In this document: positions 30,053 through 40,489 of the stretch, one piece after another | Position numbering within the stretch: the first letter of the stretch is position 1 | Layout of the letters: each line of letters starts with the position of its first letter | From: an archaeon | GTDB lineage: Archaea; Iainarchaeota; Iainarchaeia; Iainarchaeales; JAAZKV01 | Length of the DNA stretch: 64,000 nucleotides | Direction: 5' to 3' | NCBI GenBank assembly: GCA_041650735.1 | Contig: JBAZKP010000001.1 | Coordinates: 240,786 to 304,785 of the forward strand | Translations under genes and position numbers: made by a program | Notes under the pieces: model-generated | What the model saw: the letters and a program-made list of their open reading frames with translations, nothing else | The model's database searches: none | Told to the model about the DNA's origin: nothing

Positions 30053-30637
30053 CTATTCCAGGAATTGCTCATATTTTTCATAATTAAACCTGTAAAGGAA
30101 GCGTTTGATTTTTTGTTTTTGGAAGGAATATTTTTTTATTATCTCTGCTTTCTTTCCTTTGTATTCATTAAACTCATGTTCTTGTGTGGGGTCAAGAAGC
30201 AGGGAATCTTCCCCTAATTCAGTAAGAACAAATGCGTGTGTTTTCAGGTTATCTAATTCAGCAATAATTACTTCTACCTTGTTATCTCCTAATGATTTCA
30301 TTGTTGCGCATAAAAAAACCGCTAAATCTTCATCATCTGCAACTTTTATTTCTAGAATTTCTCTTGGTGCGAGCCAGTAATTTATATTTAGGTCTGCATC
30401 AACAAAGGAAATATCTTTTTTTACAAAATCAAATGTTTCTTGCAAGACTTTTTCATAGTCTTTTTCAAAGGAATAATCGGGGCTTTTGAAATCCTCTACA
30501 AAGGATTGTACTGACAAATCAGAGCCATCAACAAGGGTTTTTATTTCCCCTATGGTGCGTTTTTCCCTTTCATTGATAATATCAGAGTATTTCTCAAGCA
30601 AGTACTTGCACAGCTTAATTTCCTTTTCCAAACCCAT
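30053..30637 (-). CDS. Transglutaminase-like fold protein, catalytic Cys absent
   Basis: YWLAPREIL..VADDEDLAVFLC, THAFV, LLLDPT. Confidence 0.7.
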   Translation of the reverse strand: MGLEKEIKLCKYLLEKYSDIINEREKRTIGEIKTLVDGSDLSVQSFVEDFKSPDYSFEKDYEKVLQETFDFVKKDISFVDADLNINYWLAPREILEIKVADDEDLAVFLCATMKSLGDNKVEVIIAELDNLKTHAFVLTELGEDSLLLDPTQEHEFNEYKGKKAEIIKKYSFQKQKIKRFLYRFNYEKYEQFLE

Positions 30638-30743
30638 AATATCTATACATAATTTAATGGGAAAGGCTTAAAAAAAAGCTTGTTAAATTTAAGGAATATT
30701 GCTTGTTAGGCTTCTTTGCCAAGGGTAAAAAGCCGTGCTTTTG

Positions 30744-32072
30744 TTAATATGCTTCCTCTTCAAATAAAACAGTTTTTCCTAAACACTTTTCAGTAAATTC
30801 TTTTATTTTAGAAAAATCTTTTTCAATTTCTATTTTTATAATGGATTTGGATTTCTGAATTCCCTCAATCTCTTCTTTTGCTTTATCAAGTTCGTGTTCA
30901 AATTCCTTTAACTTGATTTCTTCTTTTTCCAAATCCTTTTTTGCAACATTTTTTTCAAGTTCTTTGTTAATTTCGGTTTGCTTTTTTTGTATTTCATTCA
31001 TTTTCCAGAAAACCTTTCCGAAAAAATCAAAATTAATTATTTCCTGTAATGCCTCGAGTCGTTTTTCCCTTTCTTTATCCTTCAGTTCAACCATATTATC
31101 TTCAATTGCTTTTTTTATTTCCACAAGGACCTTTTTGAATAACTCTGCTTTCGGATCTTTTTTTAGGGCAATTATTGGGTTAACCAAGAATTGCTCAAGC
31201 ATTTCTTTTTCTTCTCTTGAAATCTTCCACCTTCCTGAATCAACAAGCTGTTTAAATCTTTGAAGAGGCCTGTCGATGTTCAAAAGAAGGGCAGAGATTT
31301 CTGTTTTAACTTCTTGTTTTTTGTTCATCAAATTAGTTATTTCTTCTTCAAGATGTTTAATCTCAACCATTTCTTTCCCGGTTTTTTTCTGCAACACTCT
31401 TTCCTTTTGTTCAAGAATCCGTTTTTCTTTTTCAGTTAATTTATTTATGAGCTCTTTTTCCTGGTTCTCTAGCACTAAATAATCTTTCTTCTTTTTTATA
31501 GCCAAACCTACTTTTTCTTTTATTTTTTCAAATTCAAATAATTCTTTTTCTTTTGAGAAAGTTTTGTTCATTTCATTAAAAATATTTAGTATTTCTTGCA
31601 ATGTTTCCCCGAGCTCTTTCATTTCTTCTTTGAAATAAAAACTTGTATAAATAATGTTTTTTCTGAATGCAATTATTTCTCCCGTGAGTATTGAATAGCT
31701 TTCCCCTGAATACTGCCTTGCTTCATCCAGAGTTTTTCCTTTGTCTTTAGGATCAAGTTTTTCAATAAGTCTTTTTAGCTGTGTTTCAAGCTGCTTTTTT
31801 GATGTGAGGGCAGCTTTGTTAAACCGTTCATTTTCTTTTCCTTGCAACTCTTTTCCCGAAATGACTTTTAATAAATTAGTGCTTTTGCTATGTAAATATT
31901 TGACTTCAGAAATTTTTTTTCCTGAAAAATTTTCAAGTTCTCTTTTCTTTAGTATAAATTCCTTTTCTATAAGCAAAGGCACATCCTCAATCCTTATTCT
32001 TATTACCGCGTGCTCTTTTTTGAATAATCCTTTGACGGTTTTAGGAATTTTTGCAATTAAGGAAAAAACCAT
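30744..32072 (-). CDS. Coiled-coil hypothetical protein
   Basis: E/K-rich heptads; start taken at MVFSL. Confidence 0.75.
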   Translation of the reverse strand: MVFSLIAKIPKTVKGLFKKEHAVIRIRIEDVPLLIEKEFILKKRELENFSGKKISEVKYLHSKSTNLLKVISGKELQGKENERFNKAALTSKKQLETQLKRLIEKLDPKDKGKTLDEARQYSGESYSILTGEIIAFRKNIIYTSFYFKEEMKELGETLQEILNIFNEMNKTFSKEKELFEFEKIKEKVGLAIKKKKDYLVLENQEKELINKLTEKEKRILEQKERVLQKKTGKEMVEIKHLEEEITNLMNKKQEVKTEISALLLNIDRPLQRFKQLVDSGRWKISREEKEMLEQFLVNPIIALKKDPKAELFKKVLVEIKKAIEDNMVELKDKEREKRLEALQEIINFDFFGKVFWKMNEIQKKQTEINKELEKNVAKKDLEKEEIKLKEFEHELDKAKEEIEGIQKSKSIIKIEIEKDFSKIKEFTEKCLGKTVLFEEEAY

Positions 32073-32190
32073 GTTTAGATTAGGGATTAAATGTTTATAA
32101 AAGTGTACCAGCACGAGTCTTTTTTCGCAGATACTTCGCCGGCATTTTGCCCAAATAATGTTTATAACCTCCACTAAATAATTATTCTTT

Positions 32191-33642
32191 ATGTATTGCT
32201 CAGGACCAACAGGGGAAAGAAATGAAGAAGCGTTTTTTCAAATGCTTGACTTAATGGCCATTGAGATAAAAAAACGTGATGATTTTGTAGTTGTTTTTCA
32301 TCATGATGCTGATGGTTGTGCTGCAGGAGCTATTGCAGTAAAAGCTTTGCAAAGGGAAGGAAAAAAAGTTTTAAATATTTGCTTAAAACAGCTTTACAAG
32401 GAAAATATTTCCGAGATAAAGGCGCTCGGAAAAAATTTTTTATTTGTTGATTTTGGCTCGGGTCAGCTTGATTATTTAATAGAAGCTTTTGATGATAATT
32501 TTTTTGTTTTAGATCACCATCAACCCCCTGCTTTGCATGAAACTCTTATTAAGAGCCGGAGGCATGTGAATCCAATGCTTTTTGGTATTAACGGGGGAAC
32601 AGAACTAAGCGGAGCAGGAGTAACCTTTTTTTTTGCTCTCGCACTTAACAAAAAGAATTTTGATTTAAGCGTTCTTGCAGTGATAGGCGCTCTTGGGGAT
32701 ATGCAGGATTTTAATGCAAACTCAGAACTTATTGGCTTAAACAAGAAAGCGCTTGATATTGCGGTCAAAAACAAGCTAATTGAAGTAAAAAAAGATTTAC
32801 GGTTATACGGAAGAGTTTCCAGGCCCCTTGTTTCTTTTCTTGTTTTTTCTTCAAATCCAGTGCTTCCAGGATTAACCGCAAATGAAGATAATTGCAAAGC
32901 TTTTTTTCAGCAGTTAAGTATTCCTCTTAAAGATTCATTTACTGATCGCTGGCTTTCATACAATGATTTAAGTGAAGAGCATAGACGCGAATTAACCTCA
33001 GCATTAATTCTTTTATTAGCGGAAAATAATATGCCTGAATGGAAAATAAAAGAATTGGTTGGGGATGTTTATACTTTTAAAAAAGAAAATCCCTTAAGTC
33101 CGTTAAGTGATGGGAAAGAATTTGCAACTCTTCTCAATGCGTGCGGAAGAAACAAGCGTTCAGACATAGCGTTAGCAGTTTGTATGGGTAACAGAAAAGA
33201 GGCTTATTTTGAAGCCTTGTCCTTAATGGACCAACATAGAGAAAATTTGCGTAAAGGAATACAATTTATTCAGCAAAATGGTATTGAAGAAAAAAAAAGT
33301 TATTATTTTTTTGACGCAAAAGAAACAATTGATGAATCAATTGTTGGGATAATTGCAGGAATGCTTTACGGATCAATGTTGGAAGAAAATAAACCCATAA
33401 TTGCCTTAGCAAGGAACCATGACGGCACGGTAAAAGCTTCTGGAAGAGCAACATCAGCATTAGTACGCAGGGGGCTGAATTTAGGTAAAGCATTCAAAGA
33501 AATAGGATTGGAAATTGAAGGAGTTGAAGGAGGGGGGCACAGAATTGCAGGGGGCGCAAAAATCCCTTTAGAAAAAATAAATCTTTTTCTTAAGTTGCTT
33601 GAAAAAAAATTTGAAGAACAATTAAATATTTCTACTATTTGA
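32191..33642 (+). CDS. recJ: RecJ/GAN-like DHH nuclease
   Basis: HHDADG, DFG, DHH, GALGDMQ, LLNACGR, GGGHRIAGG. Confidence 0.92.
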   Translation: MYCSGPTGERNEEAFFQMLDLMAIEIKKRDDFVVVFHHDADGCAAGAIAVKALQREGKKVLNICLKQLYKENISEIKALGKNFLFVDFGSGQLDYLIEAFDDNFFVLDHHQPPALHETLIKSRRHVNPMLFGINGGTELSGAGVTFFFALALNKKNFDLSVLAVIGALGDMQDFNANSELIGLNKKALDIAVKNKLIEVKKDLRLYGRVSRPLVSFLVFSSNPVLPGLTANEDNCKAFFQQLSIPLKDSFTDRWLSYNDLSEEHRRELTSALILLLAENNMPEWKIKELVGDVYTFKKENPLSPLSDGKEFATLLNACGRNKRSDIALAVCMGNRKEAYFEALSLMDQHRENLRKGIQFIQQNGIEEKKSYYFFDAKETIDESIVGIIAGMLYGSMLEENKPIIALARNHDGTVKASGRATSALVRRGLNLGKAFKEIGLEIEGVEGGGHRIAGGAKIPLEKINLFLKLLEKKFEEQLNISTI

Positions 33643-33796
33643 ATTCCCCTCTATGAATGGGTCTTATTGATTCAATTATTCTGCCGCATCGCAGGCAGCG
33701 AAAACTATCTGTTTGCACAATCCATTGCTCGTTTTTTCTCCAGTTTTCAAAAGATTCTATGGGCCCCCCACATTCCTTGCAACAAAGAACCCCCAC
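33635..33796 (-). CDS. 53-aa zinc-ribbon microprotein
   Basis: GTG start: MGVLCCKECGGP...FRCLRCGRII; GTGA RBS. Confidence 0.65.
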   Translation of the reverse strand: MGVLCCKECGGPIESFENWRKNEQWIVQTDSFRCLRCGRIIESIRPIHRGEFK

Positions 33797-34052
33797 ACAA
33801 TCACAATTTTAATTTTAGTAAAGTTCAAAAAGGTCTTTAGCTTTAAAAATCTTTTGGGATGATTTTTTCAAAAAATAAATTTTAATTATATTAAATTATT
33901 GTATTAGTTATCAAAGGTTGGTTTTAAGGCAAGGCATTTTCCCAAGCAAAGCCTTTTTAACAAAATCATTGTAATTGTTATTAATTAAAAGCTTTGATTA
34001 TTAAGGATTAATTTTTTGAGGGGATAAGTTGGTTTCAGATAAGGAAGCAGAA

Positions 34053-35114
34053 ATGAGCATAAAAGATTTTTTGAAATTGAAGGTTCCTGAGGTAGAAAAA
34101 GAAATAGAAAAATATATTCCGCGAAAAGCCACAAAGAACTGGATAGAAAGTGCGTTAGGTAAAACGATTTTTGAACTTGATTTGGAAGCATATACTAAAG
34201 GAGTCAATAATCCTATATGGGATTTGCTTGATCGCGGGGGGAAAAGATTCAGACCAATAATGGCTTGCATTTGTGCAGAAGCGGTAGGCGGAAAATGGGA
34301 AGATGCTTTGAAATTAGCCCCAATGGTTGAACTAATCCATAATGGAACTTTGATGCAGGATGATGTTGAAGATGATTCAATTGCAAGAAGAGGAAAACCT
34401 TGTACTCACAAAATATTTGGCATTGATACAGCAGTTAATACAGGAACGATAATGTATTATTGGCCGCTTGCAAAAATAATGAATGATGAATTTAATATTG
34501 GAAAAGAAAAGAAAATAATGATTTATGATTTATATGCGCGGGAATTATTGCGCGTTTGTTCAGGTCAAGCATGGGACATTGAGTGGCACCATGGAGGATA
34601 TGTTCCAACAGAAGAACAGTACTTGAACATGTGCTTATCAAAAACAGGGGTGCTAACAAGATTTGCTTGCCAGCTCGGAGCAATAACAGGTAACGCAACA
34701 AAAAAACAATATGAAGCCCTTGGGGATTTTGGTCAAATAGTTGGGGTGGGGTTCCAAATACAAGATGATATATTGGAGTTAACGGAAAGTTCTTTTAAAG
34801 AAAAAAAAGGGAGTATTGGTGGAGACATTCACGAAGGAAAAAGAACACTTATTGTAATAAGAACATTACAAAAAGCAACAGAACAAGACAAAAAGCGTTT
34901 AATAGAAATACTTGATTCACACACAAGTGACGAAAAAATAATTGCAGAAGCGCTTAGTATAATAAATAAATATGATGGGATTCCTTATGCAAAAAAACGT
35001 GCTGAAGAATTAGTGCTTGAAGCATGGAAGAAAGTTGACAAAGTTCTTCCTATTAGCAATGCAAAAAAAACTTTGAAGAGCTTTGCAGAATATCTTGTTG
35101 ACAGAAAAATATAA
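34053..35114 (+). CDS. idsA: Geranylgeranyl diphosphate synthase
   Basis: GGKRFRP, QDDVED...RRG, SKTG, FQIQDDIL, DIHEGKRT. Confidence 0.93.
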   Translation: MSIKDFLKLKVPEVEKEIEKYIPRKATKNWIESALGKTIFELDLEAYTKGVNNPIWDLLDRGGKRFRPIMACICAEAVGGKWEDALKLAPMVELIHNGTLMQDDVEDDSIARRGKPCTHKIFGIDTAVNTGTIMYYWPLAKIMNDEFNIGKEKKIMIYDLYARELLRVCSGQAWDIEWHHGGYVPTEEQYLNMCLSKTGVLTRFACQLGAITGNATKKQYEALGDFGQIVGVGFQIQDDILELTESSFKEKKGSIGGDIHEGKRTLIVIRTLQKATEQDKKRLIEILDSHTSDEKIIAEALSIINKYDGIPYAKKRAEELVLEAWKKVDKVLPISNAKKTLKSFAEYLVDRKI

Positions 35115-35158
35115 ACTATGAATAAAGTATAGGGTAATAAGGTTGTTTGGGTGTTCAA

Positions 35159-36205
35159 ATGGTTTCAGTGATTGAAAAAAGAAAAATAGAGCACATAGAA
35201 TTATGCTCGAAAAAAAATGTTTCTTTTACTAAGAAGACAACTTTGCTTGAGGATGTTGAATTAAATTACAAAGCCCTTCCTGAATTGGATTTTAAAGAAG
35301 TGAATTTGGGTACAGATTTTCTAGGAAAGAAATTTTCTTTCCCTTTTATTGTATCAGCAATAACCGGGGGTGCGCAGGAATCAAAAAAAATTAATCTTGA
35401 TATTGCGCAGGCTTGCCAGGAAACAGGAATAGGGATGGGTTTAGGGAGCATGAGAGCAATGCTTCAGCATCCTTCGCTTACAGAAACTTACTTTGTGAGA
35501 GATGCAGCTCCAGATATTTTTCTTGCAGGAAATATTGGGGCAGCACAATTAAAGCAATTTACTATTGAACAGGTGAATGAAGCGCTTCAAGCGCTTGAAG
35601 TGGATGCGCTTGCAATTCATGTTAATGCTGCGCAGGAAGCAGTGCAACCCGAAGGAGACACTGATTTTACAGGAGTAATATCCAAGATAGGGGAGTATGC
35701 AGAAAAAATTACTGTCCCTGTTTATGTAAAAGAGGTGGGGCACGGAATTAGTTATGAACTTGCAATGGCTTTAAAGGAAACAAAAATAAAAGCAATTGAT
35801 GTACAAGGCGCAGGAGGCACTTCCTGGACAACAGTTGATGCAATGAGGCACAAAAACAGTTATGGATTGACTTTTAGTGAATTTGGTATCCCTACAGCAG
35901 TTTCGCTAATTGAAACAAAAAATGCTTTGCAGGGCGCTGATAAAAAAATAATTGCTTCAGGGGGAATACGCACAGGGATAGATGCTGTGAAATCAATTAT
36001 ATTAGGGGCTGATATTGCGGGGGCGGCTTTGCCAATAATAAAAGCGCAACAAAAAAAAGGAGTTAAAGGAATTACTGCTTATTTAAGGACTATTAAAAAA
36101 GAAATGGAAATAACTTCCTTCTTGGTTGGGTGCAAAGATATTAATGAATTGCATCAAGAAAAACCTATTATTTTAGGAAAACTTAAAGATTGGCTCAATC
36201 AATAA
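35159..36205 (+). CDS. fni: Type 2 isopentenyl-diphosphate isomerase
   Basis: RKIEHI, SAITGG, HVNAAQE..QPEGD, KEVGHG, GAGGTSW, ASGGIR. Confidence 0.96.
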   Translation: MVSVIEKRKIEHIELCSKKNVSFTKKTTLLEDVELNYKALPELDFKEVNLGTDFLGKKFSFPFIVSAITGGAQESKKINLDIAQACQETGIGMGLGSMRAMLQHPSLTETYFVRDAAPDIFLAGNIGAAQLKQFTIEQVNEALQALEVDALAIHVNAAQEAVQPEGDTDFTGVISKIGEYAEKITVPVYVKEVGHGISYELAMALKETKIKAIDVQGAGGTSWTTVDAMRHKNSYGLTFSEFGIPTAVSLIETKNALQGADKKIIASGGIRTGIDAVKSIILGADIAGAALPIIKAQQKKGVKGITAYLRTIKKEMEITSFLVGCKDINELHQEKPIILGKLKDWLNQ

Positions 36206-36263
36206 AAAATTGAGTATGCTGGTTTGAAAATATTTCTAAAAAACAAAACACTTCGTTGTTTGC

Positions 36264-36330
36264 CGAACCCCTGTTCGTCTTTTTGGAAAGGTTTTTATAT
36301 TCCCTTCCCCACAAATGTTGTTTGCGCTGG
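36264..36330 (+). promoter_or_regulatory. Promoter copy 1 (CGAA-N6-TTCG + BRE/TATA)
   Basis: 30 bp at 36274-36303 identical to 40500-40529. Confidence 0.75.
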
Positions 36331-36392
36331 TGAGCGTTTGGGCTTGCCTTTGGAAGAACAATTTCAAAACAAATTAAAAATATGGTGTTTAA

Positions 36393-37739
36393 ATGAAGGT
36401 TCCATTGCTCTCATTAAATGAAAGAAAAGATACTTTCAAGGAGGTTGAAACAGGTTTTACTGCAGAACAAGCCCTGTCAGAAGCAAATAGGTGTCTTCAA
36501 TGTTCTTCTCCGAAATGCATTGAAGGATGTCCTGCAAGAGTAAATATTCCTGGTTTCATTAAAGCCTTTAGGGAAGGAGATATAGTAAAAGCAGTAGGCA
36601 TTATTAGAGAAAAAAACTTTTTCCCAAGTATCTGCGGCAGAATATGTCAACAAGAAAAACAATGCGAGGGTTCATGTATCTTATCAAAGACTCCTACTGG
36701 AGCAGTATGCATAGGAGGAATAGAACGATTTATAGGGGATAATTCTCCTTATCCTCCAAGACGCAATTTAGTTGGAAAAAAAATTGCAATAATAGGTTCT
36801 GGGCCATCAGGTTTAGCAACTGCAGCATTCCTTTCACAAATAGGGATGCATGTGATAGTATTTGAAGGCACAAATTCTTTTGGAGGAGTAATGAAATATG
36901 GGGTTCCGGATTTTAGACTTCCAAAAGAAGTAGTTGCTCGTGAACTCTCAGGCTTGCATTCATTAGGAATAGATTTTGAGCCAAACTCAAAAGTAGGGGA
37001 AGAGTCTCTGGAAAATATTTCAAAAAAATTTGATGCAGTATTTATTGGCACAGGGGTTGGAAAATCACGTTTACTTGATGTGCCTGGTTCGGGGCTTAAG
37101 GGGGTAATGTCAGCAATGAAATTTTTGGTAAACCTTAACCAGAGCAATATTCCAATGATATCTAAAGGAGAAAAAGTTGTTATAGTAGGCGCAGGCTATG
37201 TAGGCGTTGATGCAGCAAGAAGCGCAATAAGATTAGGGGGCGAGGTAACCTGTGTAACAATAGCTCCAGAAAAAGATGCTTTCAAAAGTGTTTCACCAAA
37301 AGATTACGAAGAAGCAAGGGAAGAAGGAGTAAAATTTATTTTTGAAGCAAAAGTAAAAGAAATACAAGGAAAAGAAAAAGTCGAAAAAGTAATTTACTCA
37401 AATCATACTGAAGGAGCAATTGAATGCACAAAAGTAATATGCGCAATAGGTCAGCAACACGATGAAGATTCATTAAAAGCGCCAATAAGAACAGGAAAAA
37501 CAGGTTGTATAGAAATTAACGAAAATTTTCAAACAACAATCCCAAATGTTTTTGCTGCTGGTGACTGCGTGCATGGACCAAAAACAGTAATACATGCAAT
37601 AGATACAGGTAGAAAAGCATCCCAAGCCATAGTAAAATATTTAGATAAAAGAATTGCTAACGAAGCAATGGGAATAAAAAATGTAGAGGAAAGTCAAAAA
37701 GTTGTTCCAAAAATCGACCATTCAAATAAAGATATTTAA
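36393..37739 (+). CDS. GltD/SudA/NfnB-like FAD and FeS oxidoreductase
   Basis: EANRCLQC..PKC..GCP, ICGRIC.QEKQCE, GSGPSG, YGVPDFRLPK, FAAGD. Confidence 0.9.
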   Translation: MKVPLLSLNERKDTFKEVETGFTAEQALSEANRCLQCSSPKCIEGCPARVNIPGFIKAFREGDIVKAVGIIREKNFFPSICGRICQQEKQCEGSCILSKTPTGAVCIGGIERFIGDNSPYPPRRNLVGKKIAIIGSGPSGLATAAFLSQIGMHVIVFEGTNSFGGVMKYGVPDFRLPKEVVARELSGLHSLGIDFEPNSKVGEESLENISKKFDAVFIGTGVGKSRLLDVPGSGLKGVMSAMKFLVNLNQSNIPMISKGEKVVIVGAGYVGVDAARSAIRLGGEVTCVTIAPEKDAFKSVSPKDYEEAREEGVKFIFEAKVKEIQGKEKVEKVIYSNHTEGAIECTKVICAIGQQHDEDSLKAPIRTGKTGCIEINENFQTTIPNVFAAGDCVHGPKTVIHAIDTGRKASQAIVKYLDKRIANEAMGIKNVEESQKVVPKIDHSNKDI

Positions 37740-37798
37740 GATCAAAGGATAAAAATTATTTTATAAAAAAAGGTTTATTGAAAATTAAGGGTGAAAAA

Positions 37799-39085
37799 AT
37801 GAATTCAAAATCATTTCAAGGGTTTTACAAAAAAAGCATTGCAGAAAGACAAGAAATAGTTGCAAAAGAATTTGCGTTAAATGAACAAGAAAAAGCTTTA
37901 TTGAAAAAAGAAGGGCCTTTACCATTTGCTGTTGCTGGTAGGATGGTTGAAAATGTAATAGGCACGATGCCTTTGCCTTACGGATTAGCAACAAATTTTG
38001 TTATAGATGGAAAAGAATACATTATTCCTTTTGCGATTGAAGAACCAAGTGTTGTTGCGGCAGCAAGTAATGCAGCAAAACTCTCAAATGGATTCGAAAC
38101 CTCTGCTGATGAGCCCGTAATGATTGGATTAATACAAATAGTAAAATGCACGAACGCAACAGATTCATTAATAAAAATACTTTCAAAGAAAAAAGAGCTC
38201 CTTGAAGAAATGCAAAAAATAGATCCAATACTGGTTAAATTTGGAGGGGGGCCCAGAGAGATAAAAGGGGAAGTACTCAAGACAAGCAGGGGCGAAATGA
38301 TTTCATTACAAGTACTTGTTGATGTTAGAGATGCAATGGGTGCAAATGCGATTAATACTATGACTGAAAAAATTTCTCCAAAAGTACAGGAAATTTCTGG
38401 CGGGGAAGTCAGGGTAAGAATAGTTTCGAATCTCGCAATTCATAGAAAAGCGAGGGCAAAAACCATGTGGACAAAGGAAAAACTTGAGGAAAGCACTAAT
38501 GGAGAGATGAATGGAGAAGAAATAGTTGAAAGAATACTTGATGCTTATGAATATGCAGTTGCAACTCAATTCAGGGCAGCAACCCACAATAAAGGAATAA
38601 TGAATGGAGTGGATGCACTCACAATAGCAACAGGGAATGATTTTCGTGGAGTAGAAGCCGGCGCGCATTCATTCGCTGCTTATAACCATCCTTATCAATC
38701 ATTGACAAAATACTATAAAGATGAAAAAGGAAATTTGGTTGGCGAAATAGAAATGCCAATGGTGCTAGCAACAATCGGCGGAACAATGAAATCAAACCCA
38801 ATGGCACAACTCTCACTTAAAATCCTTGGGATAAAAACTTCAGGCGAATTAGCCCGAATAGGTGCCGCAGTAGGGTTGGCACAAAACTTTGCTGCTTTAT
38901 GTGCACTAGCTACAACAGGAATACAAGCAGGGCACATGAAGTTACACGCAAAAAGCCTTGCAGTACAAGCAGGTGCGCAAGAAAATGAAATTGATTTACT
39001 TGCTCAAAAAATGATTGAGGCAAAAGAAATAAACCAGTTAAAAGCAGAACAAATACTAAAAGAAATTCGTGAAAACAAAAAATAG
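37799..39085 (+). CDS. mvaA: Class II HMG-CoA reductase
   Basis: ENVIG, EEPSVVAAAS, DAMGAN, THNKGIMNG, GIQAGHMKLH. Confidence 0.95.
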   Translation: MNSKSFQGFYKKSIAERQEIVAKEFALNEQEKALLKKEGPLPFAVAGRMVENVIGTMPLPYGLATNFVIDGKEYIIPFAIEEPSVVAAASNAAKLSNGFETSADEPVMIGLIQIVKCTNATDSLIKILSKKKELLEEMQKIDPILVKFGGGPREIKGEVLKTSRGEMISLQVLVDVRDAMGANAINTMTEKISPKVQEISGGEVRVRIVSNLAIHRKARAKTMWTKEKLEESTNGEMNGEEIVERILDAYEYAVATQFRAATHNKGIMNGVDALTIATGNDFRGVEAGAHSFAAYNHPYQSLTKYYKDEKGNLVGEIEMPMVLATIGGTMKSNPMAQLSLKILGIKTSGELARIGAAVGLAQNFAALCALATTGIQAGHMKLHAKSLAVQAGAQENEIDLLAQKMIEAKEINQLKAEQILKEIRENKK

Positions 39086-39121
39086 TTTTTAGAATTTGAT
39101 GAGTAAGATTTGTAAAAAGAA

Positions 39122-39622
39122 TTAAATTGTTTTTCGCAGTTCTTTTAAAACTTTTTTTGTGTCATCTACATATCTTTGTTGTCTTTCTGCTTCAGCCATA
39201 TGATGGCTTTTTAAGAGACTTATCCTTGTTGTTTTGGAAATATATTTGCTGGCATTAGCTTCTCTTTGTTTATCCCTTATTGCTCTAAGAGAAACTTTCC
39301 TACCAGGGGCATTTTTGAGCAAAATTAGTTTCTCTTTTCTCTTCGTTCTGGCTCTAGCCTTAATGATTGTTTTTAATGGAGCACGTTGTTTTCTTAGAGT
39401 GTTTTTGTGATGGTTAGCTATTCTTTGTAAAGTATTTGCCAAATGAATTTCTTGTTTGCTTAGAGTAGGATTAAAGCGCTGATTCTTTTTAGCTGAAGCC
39501 AAATTAGCTCTAACCGCATTCTGCACTGCGCTAATTGTTTTAAGCGATTCTTTCCTCTGAGGGCTTGCTTTAATTCGCTCTGCCCGTATTTTTCTAACCC
39601 ATCTTATTGGAGGCATTTTCAT
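39122..39622 (-). CDS. Highly basic orphan protein
   Basis: 166-aa Arg/Lys/Ala-rich ORF filling the intergenic space. Confidence 0.65.
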   Translation of the reverse strand: MKMPPIRWVRKIRAERIKASPQRKESLKTISAVQNAVRANLASAKKNQRFNPTLSKQEIHLANTLQRIANHHKNTLRKQRAPLKTIIKARARTKRKEKLILLKNAPGRKVSLRAIRDKQREANASKYISKTTRISLLKSHHMAEAERQQRYVDDTKKVLKELRKTI

Positions 39623-39676
39623 AGTAAGTAATAAAGTCCCTTTGAAGCTTTTAATTCTTCTGGTTTGTTGGATTTT

Positions 39677-40414
39677 TTATTCAATCAAAAGCAGAGAAGC
39701 CATTATTGTTATCCCAAGAACAATGAAAAATATTTGCACCAAAGCCTGTTTTTTTGAAAATTTTTTGTGCAATTGAGGTAGCAAATCTGTTCCCGCAATA
39801 TAAATAAAACTACCTGCCGCAAAAGCAATAAAAAAATTTGTTAAGCCAGAAATGGATGAGCCTAAAATTACTGCTACAATTGCGCCTAAAAAAGAGGTTA
39901 ATGAAATAATAAAATTAAAAATAAGAGCTTTTTTTTTCGTGAAACCGCTTTTAAGAAGAATCCCAAAATCCCCTATCTCTTGAGGCAATTCATGTAAAAA
40001 AATTGCTATTGCTGTAGAAAACCCTACAACAGGGTTAACAAGAAAAGCTCCTCCTAGAATAAGCCCATCAATAATATTATGAAGCGCGTCCCCTGTAAGA
40101 CTCATGTAGCCAAAAGATTCACAGGACTTTTCATGCTTCAAATGATGGCAATGGTGCCAATGAATAATTTTTTCCAAAACAAAAAAAGTAACCATTCCTA
40201 AAAGAATTGTAACTGAAATTTCGGTAGAAAAACCTGTTTCCCCTAGTTCGGGAATCAAGTGAATAAATACATCTCCTAAGAGGGCGCCTGCTGCAAAAGC
40301 AACCATTGCTTCCAAGTACTTTTCAATTTTCTTATTGCTTATTCCTAGAGTAAAAACCCCTATAAAAGAAGCAAGAGAAATAATTCCAAGGCAAAGAAAA
40401 AGTTCAATTAACAT
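39677..40414 (-). CDS. ZIP family metal (Zn) transporter
   Basis: AFAAGALLGDVFIHLIPE, His loop HWHHCHH, DALHNIIDG, HELPQEIGDF. Confidence 0.93.
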   Translation of the reverse strand: MLIELFLCLGIISLASFIGVFTLGISNKKIEKYLEAMVAFAAGALLGDVFIHLIPELGETGFSTEISVTILLGMVTFFVLEKIIHWHHCHHLKHEKSCESFGYMSLTGDALHNIIDGLILGGAFLVNPVVGFSTAIAIFLHELPQEIGDFGILLKSGFTKKKALIFNFIISLTSFLGAIVAVILGSSISGLTNFFIAFAAGSFIYIAGTDLLPQLHKKFSKKQALVQIFFIVLGITIMASLLLIE

Positions 40415-40489
40415 TAAATCCACTTTCAACAACAAGAACACTTCTTTTTAAATTAGTTCCTAAAGAAAAAGAAATCGAACGTCAATCAA

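Noticed and set aside
36224..36421. 65-aa ORF upstream of the oxidoreductase
   Set aside because: Runs through the duplicated promoter and has no coding signature
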